A stretch of 63,272 nt of DNA, counting the filler, from Basidiobolus ranarum (lineage: Eukaryota): the NCBI GenBank assembly GCA_040143965.1. It is 9 parts of 9 records of this genome, joined end to end, with 100 filler letters (N's around TTAATTAATTAA, not from the genome) between each part and the next. Parts side by side here need not be neighbours in the genome. Positions count along the whole stretch, not along the records: positions 21,164 to 28,109 come from JASJQH010001210.1; positions 28,210 to 35,150 come from JASJQH010001211.1; positions 35,251 to 42,188 come from JASJQH010001212.1; 6 more parts are not named here. One strand, given 5' to 3'. The notes under the pieces were generated by a model. It saw only the letters and a program-made list of their open reading frames with translations. It ran no database searches and had not been told where the DNA came from. The position numbers were made by a program, and so were the translations under genes. Below are positions 25,306 through 37,063 of this stretch, piece after piece. How positions within the stretch are numbered: position 1 is the first letter of the stretch; the number at the start of each line of letters is the position of its first letter.

Positions 25306-26085
25306 CTATCCCCTTGAGTTGGGTAGTACGAGATGGGTAACGTAGAACAGGTGTGAGAATTGGTGCTAGCAAACAAAATCAAATGGCTTCTCCTTCTGCT
25401 ATGACTAAAGTTGAAGAGAATATTTGACGGACAAGTGAATATGCGTACCCTTGCTTCGTAAACAATCGACTTTGAAACGTTAGTTAGGGAAATAATTTAC
25501 AAGAAACGAGATCTATTAGTGTTGATGTGATTTGTAATGTAATGTGATAATGTTAGTATTGGTTACACGCGAATGAAAGATATTGTGTTGAATTCAATTA
25601 CATGTTGAGAAATTTTTCTTTCCTGACAGAGTCACTTTATATTCTCCCCAAGAATCTGTAGAGATCCACCCATTGGCGCAATAGACTGGCCCCGGGTAAA
25701 TTCCTATCTCCAAAATATATGCATTTTATCAATAAGGTTTTTCGCATACGTGACTGAATCAGTGTTTTATTTAAACAAAGGAGAGCGTTGTGATTTCTAA
25801 TCGATATGAATGTGTGAAAGTTTCTAGAGTAAATGCCAACTTCCTAACTCACATAGTAACTATGGAAATATATCCGATATACATTAATCTAGTATTTAGT
25901 GAAAGCTCAGCTGCATATATCTGGAAGCATTTATTCACATTCTCTGCTTACAAATTGCAACTCCACACTAGCATCAAAAATGTAGCCGTTCATAAATCCT
26001 CTTAAACGAAGATATTTTTTCGATTTCGCATGGAAATTTACATGGTTTAAAAGACTTGTTTTATTAAGTGTGAGATTGATACCGA

Positions 26086-27094
26086 TCATGGGAGTTTAAC
26101 TTGGCTGAACTATAGAAGATGTCAAAGTGATTAGTTACAGTTTACAAAAGTTTCCGGCTTTTTAGAATGACTTACGTCCATCTCGGGATGCTGTTTAGTG
26201 AAAGATAATTTAATGAGTGAGTAAATAGAATAAAGAGAAGTTATTTGAGGACATTCAGAAGTTACCTGTTCCTTGAATTTTTCGAACATTTCCATCTTTT
26301 TGAGCTCCTCGCTAGAGGGTAGACCCATAGCCTTTTGACGTTGATCAAACTATTGTGATCCATATTAGTTAATATCGTCTTGAATTAAATATTTTATAGA
26401 AATTCCTAATTACCATCATCTTCTCGACCATCGTACGTGTCTCACCATCCAACTCATCTAACTTGGAATTTTCTGGTTGTATTTTGGTCGTGTCAATTTT
26501 AGGATGGTGAGTAACTACATTCTCCCACCATTCCATTCCATTCACTTTCTCTAAATGAAGCTGCACTTCTTTACGATCCTCTGAGATATTAAGGGAAAAG
26601 AGGCAAGGTTTAGAATAAAGTATCGAGGCATTTCTACAGTACCATAGAACTAACCAAGAGTCCAAGTGGAATCTTCGAGTTTGACTGCCTTGCAAAGTTC
26701 ACCCTAGATCCAAGTTCAAAATTAAGACGAGATACAAGAAGCTTGATCAGAGAGCATAATTTATTAATTATGCTACTTACCTCAACAATAGGAGGTTGAT
26801 TTTTGAGTCCTACTGAAATGTGGTTCTTCTTTATCACTACAGTAAGATCTTTGGCTCTTGTACCCTCTGGAACTGGAACTACAATATCCACTTCTTGAAG
26901 AGTTTGTTTCCATTGGTAAGGAAGCACTATTATGGTTTTTGAAATAGATGGGTTAAAAAGCGGTAATCGAAAAGTGGAAAAAAGAAAAGCTGTTTACGTG
27001 CTTGCTCCTTCTCTTCTTTTTTACGAATCTCTTCGTCATATTTGGCAGCCTCCTCCTCATTCATATCTGCGTATTTCTTCTCACTGGTTGACAT
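26086..27094 (-). CDS. NUDC: Nuclear movement protein NudC (CS domain + NudC C-terminus), multi-exon
   Basis: [78 protein letters not shown]. Confidence 0.93.
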
Positions 27095-27673
27095 GTTCGA
27101 ATAAATAATTGAGTTACAAAGCAATGTTCTTTGGTTAGGTTTATTAGATGATGCTTTGATGACTGCCTACTTGTGATGCAAAAAAAAATCGCTCGACGTC
27201 ATTCGACTGATCACTGATTTTGTTTTACTCAATGGAATGCATAGAAAAGGGATGGAAATTGATGGAATACTTGCAATACAGGAATTGCACAAGGAATGAT
27301 CACTGATTCACTATTGAAACTGATTCTAAGATGATGAATGTGATGTGCATATACACACTGGACGTTCCTCTATGCTCAACCCATCACAAGTTAAATCAAC
27401 TGGTGTCTCCGTTTCACTTCCAACCCAATCAAGTCAAATTGTGGTTTTAACTTTTTTATTGGGATTTGAGTCATTTTGTTGGACATGAAAGGTACAATTT
27501 TACTTCATGGTGAAGTGAGCATATACAAGGATTCGTAAAATAATAGTTTGCATTCAATGTCGGTCATACTAAATGCTTTTGTTGTTTTATTCGATAGGTT
27601 TCTCTATACTATGGAAGCAATGTTTACGTCGGTAACGATGTTATAGTTGCCTTTGATCTGATCTTTGTAGCTA

Positions 27674-28109
27674 TTACTGAGTTTGCTTGGTTGCAGCAAC
27701 CATAGCGACCAGAGCTGATCCAATACATCCTCCATCGCGGGCTAACTCTAGTTTGATGCGTCCCACTTTTTCAGGGCCTAGAATCAACTCCATCGAACGT
27801 CTAATACGTTGGGCAAAATATGGATAGAACTCGTACACTGAACCATCAATACCAATCGTGATGACCTCCTCCTTTTCCAAAAAGACGGTTTTATTATTAG
27901 CCTGGAGTAGTAGAGCTGCTATGGATGCGCCTACAATACTGGCCGACCGAGTAGCGATTAATTTGCAGATTCGGTGTATTTTCTTTCTATCCTCGCTAGA
28001 AATTGGCTGCTGCAAGGGGAAATGTTTGACCAGAATGGCTTCAACGTTAGGATGCTCGGGGTCAGGATCACTCTCAATGGCTGACATGAATAATGTTTTG
28101 AATTCATAA
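27674..28109 (-). CDS. Hexokinase/glucokinase, C-terminal part (5'-truncated)
   Basis: IATRSA, IGIDGSVYEFYPYF, LELARDGGCIGSALVA. Confidence 0.88.
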
Positions 28110-28209
28110 NNNNNNNNNNNNNNNNNNNNNNNNNNNNNNNNNNNNNNNNNNNNTTAATTAATTAANNNNNNNNNNNNNNNNNNNNNNNNNNNNNNNNNNN
28201 NNNNNNNNN
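28110..28209. other. Artificial contig-joining spacer
   Basis: N/TTAATTAATTAA/N. Confidence 0.98.
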
Positions 28210-28660
28210 CGATGAATTGACATCCCATACGCTTGGCTAATGCGTGTCCCTCAAATTGAGATACCTCTCGCTCTGAGCTTCTATCACATTTGTTTCCAAC
28301 TAGCAGGATTGGTGTCTTACTGATATCACGCACTTTGGCGATTTCATTACGAATCGCTTCAACATGTTCAAAACTGGATCTGGCTGCGATGCAATAAACC
28401 AGTAGGAAACCTTCGCCTTCTCGAATCCATTGATCCCGTAATGGGGTGAACTCTTGTTGTCCAGCAGTATCCAAAATCTCCAGTATGCATGGTTTCTTAT
28501 CGATAACTGTCTGTGCACGAAAGAAGTCTTCGATGGTTGGGTTGTAAGTTTCTAGGAAGTGAGTTGAACAAAGTTGAACTGATAATGCAGTTTTACCAAC
28601 CGCTCCATCACCAAGTAACACGACCTTATGGCGATTATCATTAAGACGAGAGGCTAACAT
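28210..28660 (-). CDS. Ras-family small GTPase (fungal Ras2-like, divergent), 3'-truncated
   Basis: GDGAVGKT, YNPTIED, LDTAGQQEF..RDQWIREGEGF, LVGNKCD; likely start MLASR at 28660. Confidence 0.9.
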
Positions 28661-29793
28661 TCGAAGAAATTTAGCGGGGCTTTGTGTTTGAGATTTATTG
28701 ATTGAAAGAGGGATGAATGGTACTATATATAATCCCATAGTCTCATGCCCTATCCACATTATCATGATGGCCATTGGTGGAATAGAATTTCTTAGATGAA
28801 GGTAAATTAAGAATAGATTTAGAAATTTCCTAAAGAAATAACTATATTGATAATCCCCAATTGGCCCCGCAGTTTCGTTAACTAGTGTTGGCATCGCCAT
28901 AAATTAGACATGAATTTTCGACCAGAGAATTCCTTACTGACAGTCGCTATTCAAGTGGTTACTTTCGCAATAATGTGAATAACAACTATCATATAATCTC
29001 TCATCTCGCAACAATTAATAATATTTAACTTCAAGGTGTTTTCCAACATTACATTGCTATATTCAAGTCATGCTTTTTTTTCTAATGCAAGGAATCGGGT
29101 CTGTGAAAGCCGAATGATATCACTGGCGCATTCTTTACTCTCTTCATTGACCCTCTGATCATATGGCCAGTATTGCCTTGCCATAGCGCCACTCTAGCAC
29201 TATTTGAAAATCTTGGTATTGTACATGACGATCTAGACCAATTAAGGCCTATTTGAGTCTAGATCTAATTGATATCCTATCAACTGTTGGATTTTTATTT
29301 GGCAGGATTGACTACGGCGGTTCTTTGGTTAGTACTTGAGGGAGATTTTTTCTATTTGGTTAGTGATTTTACTTGATTTTACTTTCTACAGCCACTTTTT
29401 CGATATGGTTTTTATTCCATATAGGTCTAATGCCAGTATTACGTTGTATTTAGTATGAATTTGATCAGATTATACCTCAGTAGTTTGTAGATGATTTTCT
29501 TTTTGATGATGAATGACCATTTCTACATTATAAATATAACAAATAAATAACAATAATCATATATCTTTGGGTACATGAACAAACTTCCCTAAATGATCGG
29601 TCATATTTCAGATCTCATAGATTACGAAAATATACCACCTATAAACTCCGATTTCAATACAAAGTACAAATCCTGAACAATTATATATTCTAAACTTCTC
29701 ATTATCGATAAGAATTATGTCTAGAAGTTCTTAATTTTAGTAATACATTATGAAAATCAAACGTATACTGAAGTTAAACCAAGTAGATATATT

Positions 29794-29885
29794 TTAATCA
29801 ATGTATCGACAATAGTAGATTTAATCAATGTATCGATAATAGTGGATTTAATCAATGTATCGCTAATAGTGGATTTAATCAATGT
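29794..29885 (+). repeat. 27-bp minisatellite, ~3.4 copies
   Basis: TTAATCAATGTATCGAyAATAGTrGAT-type unit at 29794, 29821, 29848, partial at 29875. Confidence 0.9.
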
Positions 29886-30088
29886 TATATTTATCAATAA
29901 TAGTGGGTACCAAAAGCACACTACATGGAATTCAGTGATCTTCGTTTATTCGTAGAGGACAACGTTCATTGAAAATCATCAATTTATGAATGGGTGAAGG
30001 GAAGAATGAAAAGAATGGGGCTAAGGGTATATATAATATATATATATATAAACATTAGTCTACAATTGAAAATCCACTTTCAATGACT

Positions 30089-31075
30089 TTAAACACGACA
30101 ATTATTGATATTGAAAACCATGATATCAGTGGCACCAATTAATTTGAGTTCATCCATACTATCGGCGACATTAGCCTTCAACACCATGGAGCTGACTGCC
30201 ACCCATTCACCATCCTCTAAGGGACTGACAGTGGGTGCTTTACGACCAGGAGTGATTTTGGTGGCTTCTTTTAGCTTGCTTCTACTGATATTGTAGTTAA
30301 TGTAGACGTATTTAGTAGCGGCAATCACTCCCTCAATACGTGACTTGAGCTTAGAAATGAGTTCAGAGTGTTGTGATGATTTTCTAGAGATCAAAACTGC
30401 CTCAGTGGTGAGAATTGTAGCGATATCGTGAAGTCCAGCAGCATGCATAGTATCACCAGATTCTGTAAAATAGTGGAATATCAGTTAAATCAATTTGATC
30501 TACGAATAAAATCAATGTACAATATATTACTTACCAACAAGATCGACAATACCGTCAGCCAAGCCTAAAGTACAGGCTGCTTCTACACTACCACTAATAC
30601 AAGTGATCTTTGTACCCTTACCAGCAGCAATGTCTTCTTTAGAAAGCAAGGAAGCATCGATTTGGTCGAAATGTCTACGAGAGATTCCCTCAAAACTAGT
30701 GACGATACGCTTTCCGACCAAATCTTCTACCTTTTTAACGTCTCCTTTAACAGGGACTTGAATGCAAAGACGACATTTACCAAAGCCTAGATCCATGATC
30801 TTCTCCACCTGACCGTGAACATCAGATTCGGCAATGATATCTTCACCGGTGATACCCAAATCAACGTTACCTTGACCGACGAAAGTGGCAATATCAGCAG
30901 CAGGTAAGAAGACTAATGCGAGAGGTAAATTCCGAACAATAGCCACATCAAGACGAGCTTTTTTGTGAAATTGAATATCGGCACCCTTTAACAGTTGTAG
31001 ACATTTCTCGTGGAGACGACCTTTTTTAGGTATAGCGAATAACAAACGATCAGTAAGTTCTGGGATAAGTTCCAT
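30089..31075 (-). CDS. HIS1: ATP phosphoribosyltransferase, 2 exons (intron 30463-30534)
   Basis: RLLFAIPKKGRL, VDLGITGED, LGFGKCRL, GSVEAAC.LGLADGIVDLVESGDTM, ITPGRKAPTVSPL. Confidence 0.97.
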
Positions 31076-31869
31076 AGTGAATAAAGTGAAAGGGATAAAG
31101 TATCTAGTGTAGTGAACAGTTCTGTATCAGTTATCGACCTAGAAGACTTGTTATACGTGAAATTAATAGCAACTCGGGTTTTCGGGAATATGACCTAGAG
31201 TGATCAACATAAGCAATATAATTGGATAACTATGGCTTATTCATTTTGGATGATCTTTCTCCGAGGATGATTGGGTAACAATGACTGATTTAATTATTTC
31301 TCCATCCTTTAAAGGCTTGGATGTTGAGAATCCGATATGTTGACGAATTATGATGCATAATGAATCATCCAATTTCTCACCAATAAAGTATGTGAATTAG
31401 ATGAAATTTTTTGGAACTCTACCATTAAACGATCGATCAATAATATAATAAAATAACCCTTCATAATAGTGACTTCTATCTCGGCTTTTTTTAAGGGTGA
31501 AAAGGGGGAAAATTTGCACTGATTGAATTACGTTTCAAGCTTACACAAGATCTCTTTAGAATGTCCGAATTATAGATAGATACGAATTATAGATAGGGTT
31601 AGAATATGTCATTTATTCCATTCACAATTAGTGTTGGATATTAGGGTTAGGGTTAATTCTACTATGTGTTAGCAAATTCATTCATTTTGGTTACTTATTG
31701 AGGCATTTGAACATTGAAACTACAGATTACATCGCAGGATATATATGCTACATATTTGCTTATTTAGTGACCAGCCCAAGTTGATATTACACTTTCAATG
31801 GTTGAAAATTTTTCCACCTGAAATATTCATTGACTTCAAACTATAATCAACAACGCATATGTAAAACAT

Positions 31870-32185
31870 GATTTGAATATATATACTCTGCAAACAAACT
31901 GAGAACTTCTAAGTAAATTCCTCTCGAGAATAGTGGGAGAAATCTTAGTGAAATACAACTAAATACTAGGCTATATATGACTATATAGTTTTCTAGGTTA
32001 AGCTTACTTCAACACAGCATCTTTATTTCTCTTTCTAATTATGGGTGGTTGTATATGATACCAAACATGGCTAGGCTTATGTCAAACTACTCAGGATCAT
32101 GTGTGTGGAATTTTGGGCCTCCAGGACAAGCTTGAAAAGTCTATATATCCGAGAACTTCTAAGTTGGTAAAAATAGTCCAAGTAA
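31870..32185 (-). mobile_element. Two decayed partial family-A LTR fragments
   Basis: Reverse-complement matches (CTGAGAACTTCTAAG, TATGACTATATAG..TTCAACA; CATGTGTGTGGAA..GAGAACTTCTAAGTTGG). Confidence 0.65.
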
Positions 32186-32189
32186 AATA

Positions 32190-32539
32190 TGTTAAAGTAT
32201 TTAGGGAGCCTGTTAGAAGTGGTTTGGACAATTAGAGAAATTGGTGTTTTTCACTTATTGATTTATTGAGTAGAAAGTTGACATTTATAATTGTGTAAAG
32301 ATGTAAGCAAAGTAACGGATGGAATGTGTTAAGGAAAAGTACCAGGAACATGTGTGCAAAGTTTGGGGCTTCTAGCACAAGTTTGAAGAATAGATATATT
32401 TGAGAACTTCTAAGTTGGTGTCAATATTGTAAGTAAATCCCAATATCAAATAATGGGTAATATCTTAGTTCAATATAGGATAACTAAATACTAAGCTATG
32501 TATGACTATATAAGTGCTTAGACAATGTTAATTTCAACA
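32190..32539 (-). mobile_element. Full-length family-A LTR
   Basis: TGTTAAAGTATTT..ATTTCAACA, reverse complement of the 19656/20534 LTR. Confidence 0.88.
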
Positions 32540-32917
32540 TACATATCTCAACAAGTCTTTTCATTGCTCAAGAAACATCTGTAAATCTCTTTCTTGTGTC
32601 AAAAGCTTGGTAACAATTTTCTTGTACTAGGAGTCTTCTGGAGATTATTGAAATGTTTGAGGTTCAGTAAGATCATTTGGCTTGTGAAAGAAGAAAGATA
32701 GCAAAACTGGATTACATTATAAACACTGCAGATTCTTATATGTTAATCACTGTAATACTGCACATATATTCATCATTGAAAAGATGTTGTTGAGTATTCT
32801 TAAAACACCCATATCTTATATGGAAACTTCACCAATCATTGATGTGTCTGTGTCAAAAGTAAGTTTTGCCAACATATGTTTTAAACTTCAATGATTTTGA
32901 TATAGACTCATGCTATT

Positions 32918-33235
32918 TGTTAGAGGATCTTGACATAATGGGGGTAGACTTTGAGTATTCAGAAGCAACTTATGATAGTGTGTTTTAGTTAGTTTATTCT
33001 TAAGCGTATATGGTGACTTATATAGTAGAAAAGTAAATCTATTGTTTGAGATATTCAGGAGTTTGTGTAATAAGATATAATATATAAGTGGGGGTAATAA
33101 GACATAGTTGTTATATTGATATAGAGATATTCCTATTTAGAATATAGGGGCTATAGATACATTGCTTTCTGTTTCTGATATATGTATCATAACTAAAGTT
33201 AACTATAATGTTGAATAAAGATTAACTATCCAACA
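32918..33235. mobile_element. Solo LTR of a second family (B), 5-bp TSD CTATT
   Basis: TGTTAGA..TCCAACA ends flanked by CTATT on both sides; its last ~87 nt recur at 42289-42375. Confidence 0.85.
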
Positions 33236-33291
33236 CTATTGAATCATAGTGTGCACTATCTATGAGGATACCAGTGATATTTTCTTGAGTA

Positions 33292-33621
33292 TGTCAAAGT
33301 TAGCATGGCCTAAAAATCTATACAAGTTATTCCATATTTTGATAAAAATTCACTCACTATTCTGAGTTTACTTCAAATATTTTTACTGACTTGGAAGCTC
33401 TCAGATATAAATATTTTTCAAACTTATCCTAACCCTAACCAGATCTTTGCACACATGTTCCTGGGATCTTCCTTTCTATTAACACATTCTACATGTTTAT
33501 TTGTATACCTCTTGACAAAACTCTATATGTCAGCTTTCTACTCAATTAGTCAACAAGTAAATGCTATTAATTCTTCTAGTTTGGCACACTACTACCAACA
33601 AGCTCCAAAAATATTTCAACA
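33292..33621 (+). mobile_element. Older, diverged family-A solo LTR
   Basis: TGTCAAAGTTAGCATGGCCT..TTTCAACA; shared core TTTGCACACATGTTCCTGGGA; near-TSD GAGTA/GAATA. Confidence 0.8.
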
Positions 33622-35150
33622 GAATATTCTTCACCTGGATGCATATGTCTGGTACCATAAGAAACAAGACAAGCTTCCCACAATATTTACTTCAGATCAT
33701 GTCTTTTTTTTCATTCAAAATGAATTAAATCTACAAATTATTCAGAGTGGCTGTGAGGATGTTTTAAATATATGAGATGAGTTGGTGGCATTTCGGCTAA
33801 GCTCATAGTGTCAAAAACTTATACCTCATGCAATTTAGAAATATATCTCAAAATTCATAATTTCAGTACAAAAGATTGTTAAACTCAAAACCGATTCACA
33901 AAATACAATGAATACAAATGAATGTAACATAATCAAGATTAGCGAAATCATCCTCAAAATATCGAAGACTGTTATTTGGACTTTGATTAGATTATGTGAC
34001 AAATATTAAGTTGAACTATAGAGCGGATGCAGAGTTTGTCAATTGAAAAATGCATGCAAAAAATGAATTACATGTTTGTTGTTTTGATGTTTGATTCTGA
34101 TTGCCTAGCACAACCAACAGCTTTTAAAATATATTCTAGTTCGGATGATCTGAAGTATGCAGTGTTAGCTATGTATTGCCTACATCATGAAAGCTATCAT
34201 TAGGTACAAGCTTTGTTGATATATACGTTGAAAGTGGAAGTATTTAGTACATACAGAATACTGTGATTAAGCACCTGAGCTTTCATCGATCATGTTCAGC
34301 CTACCAAGATTTCACCGAAATGTCAGTAAACTAACTGGTTCAAAGCTTTTGTTTAACATCAAGCATTCAAGAAATACTAACATATTGTTATTTACAGCAT
34401 GAAGACTTGTTAATTATTCTCAGCACTTTCGACTCATCCCAACAAGTTTTGTTTGTTTTGGTGATATATTTATTTTAGTCCATGTTCTCCATGTTTATCT
34501 AAGCAGAAGTATGTACTGCTATACATCTGCATCATAATTAAGAAACATCATCTACACTGCAGTAAGGTTAACTGATCCTAACAGTATATACTACGTGGAG
34601 ATTGCTATATTTCTACCATAATATCTTGCTATCAAACTCGCCCATTCATGCCATCTTCAACTCAAACTCCGATATTTAACCGCTTTCTCAATGATATACC
34701 TCCAGATTTAATTTACTCACAAGCTATAAATATATATATATACTTTCGTAAGTGGAAACCAAGTGGAAACTATTTCTCCTTACAATTCCAATTATTGACA
34801 TCCGATAATTGCCATATTTCAGTGACTAAAGCTAGAAATGAATGTTTTGGGGAAAGTTGCACATATTTTTGGGGAATTTTTTGGAAGTAGATAATCGAAA
34901 CCTGGTTCTTCTATTCCATAACAAGAAACTTCGGGTTCTAGAGATGTCTGGGAATATTGTTACCTTATGGGTCAAACCATCTTATGGAGCTTTGCCATTT
35001 CTGTGATATACGCACCAATTTGGGTAATTTGTAGGGTAAGAAAAAACCTTATATAGTTTATTGAGTATTTTCATTCCAACCAGAAAAATGGCTCAAGTAT
35101 TATATATACATGTTTTCAACTTCGCAAATAAGAGCACTACCAACGTGGTC

Positions 35151-35250
35151 NNNNNNNNNNNNNNNNNNNNNNNNNNNNNNNNNNNNNNNNNNNNTTAATT
35201 AATTAANNNNNNNNNNNNNNNNNNNNNNNNNNNNNNNNNNNNNNNNNNNN
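35151..35250. other. Artificial contig-joining spacer
   Basis: N/TTAATTAATTAA/N. Confidence 0.98.
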
Positions 35251-36517
35251 CAAAAACTGCATATCGTCCTCACTCCTTCGTAAAAGCAGTCAAAAATGTG
35301 CTAGGTTTGCACAAACAGGAGGCCAGTATATCTACTGTGGCTTTAACAAATTAGAAGAACATTTTGCTTTCTACCAGCTGCCACTATTGTTCCATGATTT
35401 TATGACGCTTAAAATGCCTTAATGAAATCGTTTGCGTCGCACGATTATTTCACGCATATCCTATTTCGAACAACTTGAACATTCTATTATTTTCGTTCGT
35501 GACCTTTTTTATGACTGCTACACCTTCCCTGGCTGCTCTCCAAGCATCTTTTTACTTCTTTTGGAATCACTAAGATGAAGTGACACTTCTGTTCCAGGCT
35601 CTTTCAGGAATAAACCGACCAAGAAATCACATTCCCTACTATAGTTGGTTTTCTTTTATTGTTATCGTGTGCCATTTGTCAAGAGTTTTCAACCATCCCG
35701 CTAGCTGTTAAATTAAATCTCACGGAAGTATACCACCTTATAAAGGCCCCTTGAAAAGCATCAGCGGATCTGTTTGCACTGTAGTAGCCATAGCCATCAT
35801 GTGAATGAGCGGAAGTAGAGGAGAACAATCCTGATTTCTGGATCGTATCTTCCATTGCTTTAGTTTCACTACAATCGAATGAGATCAATCAGTCTTTGAG
35901 TATACTCCGACATCCTGAAACGACCTCTGCTCTTCATTCATATGAAAAGTAGTCATTTCCACCCTTCCATCACTGCTACTGTTTAGTCAATCAACAACCA
36001 ACCAGGCATCGTTTCGGGATCAAGGTATTCGTAACCATCCATCCCCATGTGTTCATGAGAGCAGGTTTCTGAAGTCATGGCTGCATTCAATAGCCATCAG
36101 TTAGTATTGGGTTTGTCTAGCATGTGAAAATGCCATTATACTTCAATCTGGGAGTAATTGAAATTAATTCCATTAGAATCCTATCCACTGCAGGTTTTAG
36201 CCTCTACTAAACAGAAAACCGCCGTGTCTGCATGTCCCAATGCGTTAATCCTAATCAACAACCACACAATAGTAAACCTAATCTGAGATTGATCTGTTCC
36301 ACGTACAATCTTGCACAATCGTTGCTTCAATAAGGAGTTTTCTATACAAAGCATGAAACTCAAAGTTCATCTTCAAGCATACATTTCTTCATGTCAAATC
36401 AAATTCTCGAATTTATTTACAGAGCAGGCTCGCTATCGGTTAGTGTCTGACGACATACTGGTATATTGTCCTTGCATATTGTTAATGGGAATAATTGGTG
36501 TTCTTGGTATTGTGCAG

Positions 36518-37063
36518 TCATTTCATAATCTTTTCTTTTTCTTTTTCTTGGAACAAAATATTCTCTAATCTCTGAGTTAATACAAAGGCTAAGTCTAGAG
36601 ACCTCGAGTTGGGTTTAGATACAGGAATTTGATCTTCTGGGCGCATATCCGATATAAATTCAACTGGCGCTTCATAGGAGATGGTAGTGTTCATGGTGGA
36701 TTGTTTACATGAATCCTCATGCAAAGGGGGTGTTTCCGTACCCATGCCGTCATATTGAGCCCAATAATCATCGAACCCAGAGGTTTCCTCATTCGCTTCC
36801 AACCTTGATGAATCCTGAGTTGGAGCATAACCGTATCTTCCCCAATATTCGATTTCACTATCATGATCGTCAGTAAAAGAGCTTCCTAGTGAGTCACTAA
36901 TTTGTTGATTCTAGAATGTCCAAAGGATATTGTTCGTTATAAAATAAGCCAATAGAATATGTTATATCAAGGGCATTACCTTTTCGCCCAGTGGGTCAGT
37001 AAATTTGGAAACCCTCCAGGGGGAAGCGAGATCGGGGATAAAATGATGTGTGGAGTTTGCCAT
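36518..37063 (-). CDS. Hypothetical acidic protein (2 exons) with EYWGRY / DDYWAQYD motifs
   Basis: MANSTHHF..DPLGEK | GT-AG intron | NQQISDS..EIEYWGRYG..FDDYWAQYDG..LTQRLENIL. Confidence 0.6.

Noticed and set aside
28661-28900. N-terminal extension of the Ras ORF
   Set aside because: Looks like AT-rich promoter sequence with a TATA-like tract; the Met at 28660 fits Ras length
31641-31655. TTAGGG telomere-like repeats (also CCTAACCCTAACC near 33428)
   Set aside because: Only ~2 units and internal; not enough for a telomere
32840-32885. CxC..CxH (SWIM-like) peptide suggesting a MULE transposase relic
   Set aside because: Too short and stop-ridden to support
36921-36930. Second ATATCCTT (minus strand) as a U12 donor
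   Set aside because: Lies inside an ordinary GT-AG intron that already preserves frame
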